Of a stretch of 64,000 nucleotides of DNA, positions 36,901 through 47,627 are shown piece after piece. Under the pieces are notes generated by a model that saw nothing but the letters and a program-made list of their open reading frames with translations, was not told the DNA's origin and did no database searches. The stretch covers positions 577,220 to 641,219 of the forward strand of contig NW_003314316.1 in the NCBI RefSeq assembly GCF_000143415.4. Direction: 5' to 3'. Numbering within the stretch: the stretch's first letter is position 1; the number at the start of each line of letters is the position of its first letter. The translations under genes and the position numbers were made by a program. Source of the DNA: Selaginella moellendorffii (taxonomy: Eukaryota > Plantae > Lycopodiophyta).

Positions 36901-38197
36901 GACAAAGAGGTTGCCCCCTAACTCATTTAAGTTGGTGCATTTCTCACATAGTGTGAATACCGTGAACTTTTTCTGGAGTTGTTTCCTTGGCAGTATTCTA
37001 GACTCGAGTATGCATCGACGAGGACGTCGATTTTCCCTAGGGGGGGAGAGTGTCGTGCATATGACTTCGGGTATCGAAAGTTACCTGTCGACTAGTCCTT
37101 ACGGACACTCTTACCTTACTGCCACGATGGCAGGAGGTCGGTATTGCTGGTTCCTTTTATCAGCCCCTTTTGTTCAAGTGTTAGTAAATTGGACTTTGCA
37201 TTTGTACTTGGCCGGATAAGCACAAGGACGGAATTCCTAAGTGTCTATTCAGCCAAACATACTTGGCCTGGCTTTTTAGTTCTCTTTTGCTCTGTCTTGC
37301 ACTAGCTTGACAAGAACCCTCGCGTATTGAGATTGGTCCCTCAATATCGCTACATGATAGCTTACCGTGTCTGCCAAACACCCTTGCTATCATGCCCTTT
37401 GTGTTAGTCTCATTTCGGTCCCAAATGCTATTTATGGAAAGTGTCTAGATTTGCTTATTTGGTATATCTACGGAATGTAGAGATTGTCCTGAACACAATG
37501 GTGTTCGTCCCGTGTCCAAATTCGCAATCTAAGGACATTCCATATTTAGTAAGTTTCGAGCTTGTCCCAGAGACTAACTCCTGATACTAAGGGAGGCTTG
37601 GGGTGAAAGCCCAAAGCGTGTGTTCCTCAAGGGGGGGGGGCTATGGGGGGTTCCAAATGTATAGTAGGGATAGTGGGTAGGTCGGGCATGGCCGACCAAC
37701 CTGAGGCATAGTCTAGCTCCCGCTTGCGTGCCTGTCCTTGTTCTACGTCCGGCTTGGGTCTAAGCCCAAGTTCCTTTCCATGCTAGTTGGTGGAGTACCC
37801 ATGTCCTCGCGTTAGGCCACCGGTATGCCGAAATAGCGTCAGACTCCGTTTGGCTCCGTTTTGCGTGCTGGTCCTGGCATTGGGATACTGGTTACTCTAG
37901 GACTATTCCAAGTCGCTCCGGGCTCCTGTCCCTTCGCTCCTTGGGCTTCATGCTCGGGAGTTGCTCCGTGGTTCGGTTCCGTCACTCCTTGGCTTTGTGC
38001 TTGGGAGTTTGGCACTGTTCCTTCGTTCAGTGGCCCAAGGCCCTGAACCTCAGGTTCCTATGGACACGTGGCATGGACACGTGGCATGTGACACGTGGCA
38101 TCTGTCACGTGGCACAAAGAGGGTTTAGGTTCCGCTTCGTGGTGTTATCCTATGGTAAATCATCATAGGATAAAGGGTCAAAACCACGTGCGCTACA
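30922..38197 (+). mobile_element. LTR element F, non-autonomous (LARD-like); LTRs 30922-32071 and 37051-38197
   Basis: Near-identical ~1.15-kb LTRs; perfect TSD GCATC; PBS TGGTATCAGAGC (32074-32085); PPT AGGGGGGGAGAG (37039-37050); 5-kb internal region without a long ORF. Confidence 0.93.
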
Positions 38198-39763
38198 GCA
38201 TCAAACCCCTTGCTTGGGGGAGTCCCGTGATGAAGTCCATTGTAAGACATTTCCACGGACGATCTGGAATTGGGATGCTTTGCAACAAGGCCCCACTAGC
38301 CTTAGTCACGGCTTTGACCTGCTGACATGTTGGACATGTCTTTACATAGTCTTGGACGTCCTTAGCCATATCTGGCCAATGGTACTTCCTCTTGAGTAAG
38401 CCTATCATCTTGGGCACTCCGCCGTGTCCCGCAAGAGGTCCATCATAATACTCTTCTAAGGCTACCTTCCTTAGTTCCCCTTCTGGAACATACACCCTCG
38501 TTTGCTTGTAATAGATGAGTCCGTTGCGTTCCGCATAATCCGTTTTCTCTTCCGTTGGCAACTCACCTCTCTGGTGAGCTTCCTATGCCTCTAGATTCCT
38601 CAGCAACACTTCTTGTGCTAGACCATTGTTCTCATATGCTGTTCGCACATCGTCCCAGAAGGTTGCTGTTGCGCTGGATATTGCCAACCTCAAGCTCGCT
38701 TTTCGACTTAGCGCATCCGCCACGATGTTGCTCTTCCCAGGCTTGTACAGAATCTCGCAATCAAACTCGGCCAAGGCATTGGCCCACCGACACTGTTTCC
38801 CTCTCAGGTCGGGTTGTGACAAAAAGTGTTTCGTTGCCACATTGTCCGTGTAAACCTTGAAGTGTCTCCCAAGGTAGTGTTGCCACTCCTTGAGCGCCTT
38901 AACCACCGCAAACAATTCCTTCTCATGGGCAGGCCACTTCCGTTGAGCCTTGTCCAACTTCTTTGAGAAGAACGCTATTGGATGGTTGTCTTGCTTCAAA
39001 ACTGTGCCCAACGCAAAGTCTGGAGCATCCGTTTCTACCTCAAAGTCTTTACCAAAGTCTAGTAATGCCAACACGGGAGCCTTCCTCAACTTCCCTTTGA
39101 GGTGGACGAATGCCGCTTCGCATTCCGCTGTCCATACCATCTTCCCTTTTTCTGTTTGGTCCGTTAAGGGCAAGGCTACTCTCAAATAGTGTCTGATAAA
39201 CTTTCGGTAGTAGATGCATAGCCCCAAGAACACCCTCAACTCATGTATATTCGATGGTCGCTCCCATTCCTGGATCACTTGGACCTTCTCCGGGTCCACC
39301 TTGAGCCCGTCCTGGCCCACCACATGCCCGAGAAACTTTACCTCTTGTTGAGCAAAGTCACATTTGCTCTCTTTAGCATACAGTTTGTGTTCCCTTAGTT
39401 TCTCAAACACCTTCGCCAAGTGTTCGGCATGCTCCTCTAGTGTCTCGCTATAGATCAGGATGTTGTCAATATAGACGACCACGAAGTGATCTAGATAGGG
39501 TACAAAAATGTGGTTCATCAGCGCCGAAAACGTTGCTGGCGCATTGCATAGCCCGAAGGGCATCATCAAAAACTCAAAGCTCCCATACCTCGTTCGACAG
39601 GTTGTCTTCTCGACATCTTCCTCGGCTACCCTGATCTGGTAGTATCCTGACCTTAGGTGAATCCTCGAGAAGTATTTTGCCTTTCCCAACCTATCGAACA
39701 GGTCCTCAATTCTTGGCAAAGGGTACTTGTTCTTCTTTATATACTTGTTAAGCAACCGGTAGT
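38198..39763 (-). pseudogene. Element E RT (most), RNase H and integrase zinc-finger
   Basis: [34 protein letters not shown] (YIDD>YIDN), [28 protein letters not shown]. Confidence 0.92.
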
Positions 39764-41350
39764 ATGCTCTATTTCGTTAAAGTGGGATTTATTCAGTAAA
39801 ATGGGACTAGGTACAAATTTTCAAGTATTTGAAAATGACGTGAAATTATATGTTTTTTGTCCAGGGGCTAGACATATCTGGGGCATGGTGACTAGCGCGG
39901 TGACTTTATGTCCAGACTGAGTCCATTTGGTTGTATAATAAATCTCATTGTCAAGGTGAACAAGCCGAATCTGAAGCTAAAGAAGAGCGATGGCATGCGC
40001 GCACACACTATTTGTTTGTTCATTGAGCATGTGGTGAGCTTTCCAAGATGAACGTCATTCCTATTAGCCAAACATATAACTTAATGGTGAGAACATTTAG
40101 ATATTATTCAATGTTATCTTTTTCTAACGAATCTAATTATGAAGGTGTAGCAAGAGGCATTGCTAGTCTGGAGAAGTCATTTAACTCATTTGACCCTTAG
40201 TGTATTTTCATGAAACTAAATAACATTCATATTATTAAGGAATTTCTCTAGTACCTTTTTTTTATGACATAGAGGCTTGCATTTCTTTCAAAGGTGATTT
40301 AGTAAAAGGCCTGAGGGCACATGCCATTCTATTTCTCAGACCGGTATTAAGATATACTAGTGCAAAGGGAAAAAGGTATTTGGTGATCAAGTAAATGGCA
40401 TGAGGGCACACGCCATTATAAGCCTAAGCGCTAGTGGACACCTCCTTTTTGGTACTCTCAACGGTACTATCATCCTTCTCCGGGTCAGTTGTTTTGTTTT
40501 GGATTGTTGTCTCTGACGTTACTGGGGTGTTCTCGATAGTTGTTAATGTTGCCGTTTGTTCAGAAAAATGATCACCTGGAGTATAGTACGGGGAGTTTGG
40601 AAGACTTATATATTCTACATCTTCACCTATCTCCTTCTCCGTCTCCTTTTCTGCCTCATTTACAGATTTTGTGCTTGCCATGAGAACGCTCTTCACCCTA
40701 AAATATGGAGTTCGTTGTGTTATAAAAGGAAACCAACTCACACGCTGCAAGGGAATGATGGTACATAAAGCACGTAAGCCCACAATATGGGTTTATGTGC
40801 CATTAATATGGGCCACACGCCATATTATTAGATTTATGCACGTGTGATTGGTAAATGCATATGTCACATCATCTTTGTTTTACCTCACACACTATATCAG
40901 GCCTAATGAACCATATCACATGTGCGCACATGCTATATATATGGAGAAGTATTATGCAAGGATAGAAATTCAATGCATGATTGTGGAGAGCAATGGCATG
41001 AAGCCACATGCTAAATAACATTTTGGAGAAAGAATTAAAATAAAAACATGCAAACAGTACTAAGTGGACCAAGACTTAGAAGTGCACAATTGAATGAGGT
41101 ATTTCTAATAAATACTTCACTCACCTCATATAGGAATGGCTACCACTCTCAAATGGCGTATCGCCTCATGCCATCACCTCGCAATTTGTTATAACAATCC
41201 GATGAATTCATATTCGGCTTGTTCACCTTGAAATTTAAGTAAGATTTGCTAGAACAACTAAGAATTTATACTTGTTATTTATATCATCTCACCTAGGAAT
41301 GGCGTAAGGCCACATGCCATCACGCCTCCTCTGATTCAGATTCGGATTGT

Positions 41351-44300
41351 TCACCTTGAAATAAAATACATTAGAAACTTAGTAAAGGAATATTCATGAA
41401 TCTCACCTTGAACCCGGGTTATGAATGCTCTTGCTGCATCTCTTGCATGGTCTGGCAATGTGATGGTGGCACTCTGCTTTCGCATCCAACCATGCACAAC
41501 ATTATCCACCGATATGCTCATGCTGGGATCCCTTGGATTCAGCACCCATCTCTTTTCTAGGCAATCGTTCGTATATCCGGAACTTGGCTTGAACCACTCC
41601 ACAGTTACATTGAAGGAGTTAGTTTCCGTGTCCTCCTCTGCATCAGTGATGCACCGCCCCACCCATATCATTTGTTTTTTATTACTGGGTCTGACAAGCA
41701 CGACCATTCCTTTGCAGACCTGTACTGGATTGAATGCTGAATCCGGCTTCTTGTTCCTCGGCCCACAATAGTGATCCTCAACATCGTTATCTGTCACTGC
41801 ATTTCCAAAGGACATTGTTCCGCTACTATCTGGTGCTCTGGGTTCTGGCCAAAAGGACTCTTCTAATTCTTCATATACAACCGGCCCATTTTGGATAGCA
41901 GATATAATCTTCTCCCAGTATTCGAGCAAAGGTTTGCACCTCTGAAAATAGGATTCTCCACCAAACACCAACCCCCTCTTCCAGAAGGCAATATGCTGTC
42001 TAATCCCGGCCACTATACTTTCCTGGTCTTTGAGTCCATCCGGGTGCATCGGCTGTGGGGAACCCTGAGGAATCATAGGTTCCCCAGTTATGGGATCTCT
42101 CTTGAAGAGTTCAATGCCGTCCACTGGTAGCGACACTGTGTCCCATTCTCTCATCTTGTACCTCATCACTGGAGCACCGTCACACATGCTGAAATGAAAC
42201 TGAAGAGGCTTGGAGTGGCCAATCAGCGTTTCGGATCCGTCCCTGATGTAGCCTCTTACAAACCCCTTAAAGTCTGGAACCTCTGTCAGAAGTGCAGCTT
42301 CAATAGTGCCTTTGATGCAATTTTGGAATTCATCGTAGAGTTGTGGGAGGGTGAGGACATTGGATCACCGGAGGGACTCTGCCAGGTGACTGAACATGGC
42401 ATTGACGTCTTCATGAGTGTGCCCAACCATGAGAAAGCCAAGTGTAACCGTTTCAAATATGCCTTTGGCAACAAGCATCGCCAAGTACGTGAAGACGTAC
42501 ATGTTTTTGTTCTCACTGCCAGCATTGTCTGTTTGGAGCAGAAGATGGGGTGGAAGGCCACATCGGCCGCAAGAACTTCCTTGAGATTCTGCTTCGTTTG
42601 GATGAGGCTGTGCATTCACCGGGCGACCAGCCTCATCGGAATGGCATGAGGCCTCACGTGATAACCCTACAATCTGATGGCCAACATATTCACTGGGATG
42701 GCATGGGGCCCCACGCGATACTGCAAGCCTTTGCTCCTCCTCCAGCTGAACCCTGTATGGGGTTCGATCGACAAGGGCCTTATGCAAGGGTTGGCCGTTC
42801 AGCTCAGTCTGCGCACTTTGCAGAGACCTTAAGTGTTTTGCTAGGGACGCAATCATCATGTTTGCACCCCCGCCACCCCATAGAGGTACAAAGAAGTTCC
42901 CATAGTTCTGGGCACCATGCCCATGAGCGATTATGCCAAACAGAGACACAGGCAGCTGCATGGATGAAGAGATTGCCTTGGGGGCAGGATTGAGTCGAGG
43001 TAAGCACATCTTTTTCTGGTCCATTTTGTCGTGGATGATGCAGAGGTAAGAGTCAGGTCTCTCCATGGAGAGAATCCTGTTATGATAATATGCAGTCCTG
43101 CAGCTTCTCTGCTCGATGTTGTGGTCGAGCCGCCTTCTAACCAACGTCTCTCGCTCTTGAGCGCTGCAAGAATTCTTCGACAAAGCCATTTTGATAGCAG
43201 TGCACTCGTCACACTTTGAAAAGCTGGAGTACTTTCCTATACTCACATTCCTGAACCTGTTGCTCCACAATCTACTAAATCTAGATTGGCTCAGCTTCCT
43301 GTAGCCATTACTCTGGAGTTCCCGATTCACATCTTCCAATATGGCCCCCTTGGTATACATGGAAGGGAGAACTCGTTGGGTGTCTCGTGTTCCATCTTCC
43401 AAGAGGCGGGTTTTATGTGGTTGCTGCTCGCTACATGTCTCGACAAACCTCTTGAAGATTGCCTCTCCATATACAACATGACCCCTGGTTTTGTGCGTAC
43501 CGTCGTTCCCACGGACTGCCTGTTGAACCCTTTATTCCTCAAACTCAGTTTTGATTCTGTAGAATGTGGTTCGAGGGACTCCATAAATGATTCTCCATGC
43601 CTTCATGCAGACCAAACCCCTCTGGAAGACCATGCCCCCCACCTGATGTTCTGAAGCATCAACAGATGACCGTAATGCCTCATACACAAAATTGCGAGCT
43701 GCCTTCCAGGACAATGTCTTGTATCTTGCTCTCTCCTCTTCAATAGCATCCCAATTAGCATGTTGATAGCACCTCCTCTTGCAACAAGCAACTGTCGAGA
43801 CCATTCGAACCTCTATCGCCATTTTTTGCCTTTTCGGTTCGTTGCTCAGATCCCTTTGGCTGCGCTTTAGGAAGGTGTACTTTCTTTTCCCATGAAGAGA
43901 TGTTCTGTCATCAGTTGTAGTGGTGTTTGATTGTGAATCCTTCACATTCTCAAACACTAAGTGCCTCAATTTCCACCGCACAATGCTTCCAATAGTCAGA
44001 CTGTTTTCTTCTGTGTCAACAACCTCTAAAATCGCAACTCCAATATCATCCCAGCCCAATTCTTGATTAGCAACCGCATCTCTTGGATCGACAACTGTGG
44101 CTAAGCCCTCAGCTACCACCTCCCCCTCGGGGTTGTTTAGAAACACCTTTACCTGAATCCATGTAGCACGGTTCTTAAGATCCACGGAGGGAACATGCGT
44201 CGCACTTGCGCTGTCCCCAACATCTGCTTTCTTCTGAAGATTTTTCAAGGCAACAACAACATTTACCCCGACGACCATCTCTCCTCGTTCAATAGCGACC

Positions 44301-44461
44301 ACATTCCCATCGAAGACAGTCTCTACTGATACAGCAGCATTGCCTTCCCCAAGCCTTTGACAGTGTATAACAAAGTTCCGATCCATAGACACAAGGGTCC
44401 CTTTTGCAACTCTCTTCCCACCATTCAAAATGTAAATCTTTTCCCCAACCTTGAAGGCCAT
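41351..44461 (-). pseudogene. Transposase gene: ~1000-codon single frame with two premature stops (TAA 43532-43534, TGA 42365-42367); short downstream exons possibly reach ~40424
   Basis: Three listed ORFs are in the same frame. Motifs CCKRRC, VCMKAWRIIYGVPRTTFYR, FSKCDEC, IIHDKMDQ, LQTDNAGSENKN, FLMVGHTHEDVNAMFS (RNase H-fold DD(D/E) type). Confidence 0.8.
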
Positions 44462-44649
44462 TCTGAAAGTGCAGAAAAGAAGTTAAGACTATACAAAAAA
44501 TGATTGGAGAATGGCCTAAATCATAACATACCAAACAACCTCAATAGCATGAGGCCACATGCCATTATTCAAACATGCTATTGACACCCACGTGAAATTT
44601 CGCATTCACAAAATTGGCATGAGCCCTCATGCCATTAATGGTACCACTA

Positions 44650-44841
44650 ATGGCATGAGGCCTCACGCTATCTTTGGCCCCTGCTAGCCTGTTGTTATAT
44701 TCCTTTTGCCTTGCTGCAACTGTATATATTTTTGTGTGCGTGACTAGTCACCCATACAAAAATATATACAGTTGCAGCAAGGCAAAAGGAATATGGCAAT
44801 AGGCTAGGAGGGGCCAAAGATGGCATGAGGCCTCATGCCAT
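44650..44841. repeat. 192-bp spacerless inverted repeat
   Basis: 96-bp arms centred on GTGACT|AGTCAC; 8 mismatches, no indels. Confidence 0.95.
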
Positions 44842-45998
44842 CTTGATATACACACAGCTGCAGGCAAGTAAAAACATACATGACAATACGCTAGCCATGA
44901 AATTGCAAGGGCCCAAGATGGCATGTGGCCTCATGCCATTTCTAAATGTGGTCCTAAGCCATTCCATGGTGAACATACCAGGAAGCACAAGTGCCGAATA
45001 TCAAGAGGAAGCGGTAGCCACACCAAAGACAGTGTCGCTCACAACACCGCAACTACTCGTAGCGCCGCTCGCAACACCGCAACTGCTCGTAGCGCCGCTC
45101 GCACAAACTGCCACTCGCATAAACTGCCGCTCGCAATGGCGCTCACAATGCCGCAACCGCTCGTAGACACATAAACCACAGCCCACAACGCCGCTTACAC
45201 AAGCAGCGCTCACTGCGCTCAGCGGAACCAAGAACACGGCACAAAAAAATGATAGACCTAGGAATGAGTTCGAGAATTCAAAAATAACACACGCTTGAAC
45301 GTCACATCAAATCCTCTGACAAACCAGATCTTATGATTCCTCTGACAAATTTCAAACTGAGTAGCTTCTAGACTTTGCTGTCGGAGGTTGAACTTTGTCA
45401 CATCATGTCCTTGCCTCGATCCAGCTGTGCCATGTCAGTGATTCGAACTTTGCCATGCCATGTCAGCGATCCGCACCAAGATTATTCGCCGTGTAAAGGA
45501 ATAATTATGCTGTGTGTGTACGTCCATTTATGGCAATATAAGACCACACGCCATTCAAAGAATAATGCTCGACATAAGGCCACACACCATTCAAAGAATA
45601 ATGCTAGTCGAGCATTTTTTGGTGCATTTTTGGGTTCAAAATTGCATGAGCCCACACGCTATAAAGTTTACCTGTACCAAAAATAGAAACAGCTTTATTT
45701 ACTTGGGAATTTAAGTGGTTGAGGCATTTTTAAACTTACAAACACATGCCCTACTTACATTCCTTTGGTTGCTTAAAATTCAAAAATATTATAAACCTTT
45801 CTTTTTGCATTTTCAATGTTTTCAATTATGGTTTTTGATTTTCGTAGGACCAGCCTAGTAATCTATTTGCATCCCGTCATGTTTATAGCTAGCTTTCGTT
45901 TGTCCCCTTCGTTAGCCTGAGATACATCTGCTCGGCATCTGCCTCTTACAGCATTTGCCCAGAAAGGGCATCTTTCTTCACGCAGCATTTGCCACATG

Positions 45999-46031
45999 TT
46001 TAGGGTTTAGGGTTTAGGGTTTAGGGTTTAG
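45999..46031 (+). repeat. Interstitial plant telomeric repeat (TTTAGGG)4 plus TTTAG
   Basis: Perfect tandem copies. Confidence 0.9.
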
Positions 46032-47627
46032 CAATTCAGTAGCTTGATAAACATGCAAATACAGAACTTGATGCAAAATCCTTTGATATGTCACAATGCC
46101 CCTAGGATCATAAACACATTTCAATAGAGAGGGTCTTTTCATTTCATAACTCCTTACGTAGATCTTGGTGAAACTAGAGTTAGTGAAGTTAGTTTCTTGT
46201 GATCCCGCATCTGATTGTGATGTCCCTTTGCAATTTCGATGGAAAGGTCAATGCACACCAAACTGTAAAATTTTGGAGCAAAATAACGGTCGGATCTATG
46301 GCAAATGCCCCTGAAACATTGTAAGGCTTGTGTGGTCTCATGTGGTGTCCGATCGAGATGTTTCTTTGCAGGGTCATCAAGAAAGACATTGTATACCATT
46401 CTGTAAAATCTAGTTGCGATCTAACGGTTGGATCTCCAGAAAACTCAAAAAAATCTCGCGCGTGTCAGAATATCCTAGGAATATACTCCTATGTGCCCCT
46501 GAAAATGGCATGCGGCCCCACACCATTCAAGAGATAACGTCAGATGACGCCGAGAATTTTTTGGTGCATTCTTTGGGTTCAAAATTGCATGAGCCCACAC
46601 GCTATAAAGTTTATCTTTGCCAAATAGAGAAAAGTTTATCTGTGTCATGTGAGGTAGTTACAGTCCTTTGTGCTCGGCATCTGCCTCTTGCAGCATTTGC
46701 ACTGAAAGGGAATTTTTCTCCATTCAGCATTTGGCCCTGAAAATGGCATGCGCCCACACGCCATTCAAGGAATAACGCCACAGGACGCCTGGATTTTTAG
46801 GTTTAAAATGTTTAGGGTTTTTTGGGTTTTTTCAAAATATTTTGGGTCCAACGTTTTCGGGTTTCTTTGGTTCAAAATTGCATGAGCCCACACGCTATAA
46901 TATTGATTTGAGAGAAAAATAGAAACAGATAGAATTTCTTTATTTAGCTGAACATCTGCCATTTTTGGAAATACAAGATGCTTTGGAATATCCAATCATG
47001 CATGGTATAAATATAGCGAGGGTATTAAATGATATCCCAATCATGATCTTTCTTTTGGATTTCGCGTGCATGCAGTCCGAGGAATGATGACGTTGCGGAT
47101 TTCTTTTGGATTTTGCGTGCTTGCATGCGCGCGGCAATCCAGAAATTAATGGTGGCGCCCAAGTCCGAGGAATGATGACGTGGCGGGATTACCAACCGTT
47201 GTGACATTTCGCGCGTGTGAGGTTAGGTTTTGCATTTTGCTTTGTACTCGCGCTCGCACACTCGCGCTCGCGCTCGCATCACACTCGCGCTCCCGCTCAC
47301 ATCGCGCTCCCACTCGCGATCACGCTCACTTCTCTACAGGTTTCTCGTGTGCATCGGCGTCCACTCGCGCTTGCATCACACTCGCGCTCGCATCGCGCTC
47401 GTGTGCATCGGTGTCCACTTCAAGACACACCCAGTTTGTAACTTCGCCGCCAACTCCGCCGCCCACTCCGCCACCCACACGCAGCCCACTTGGTGTCCCG
47501 GGAGATTTCAGCACCACTCTCCAACTATAAGTGGCAGAGTAGCCTTGCTGCTACGATCCGCTGCACACACAGTGCACATTCACCAGCGAGTCCGGCCTCG
47601 ATTGTCACGGCCTCCATTCGGCTTCAA

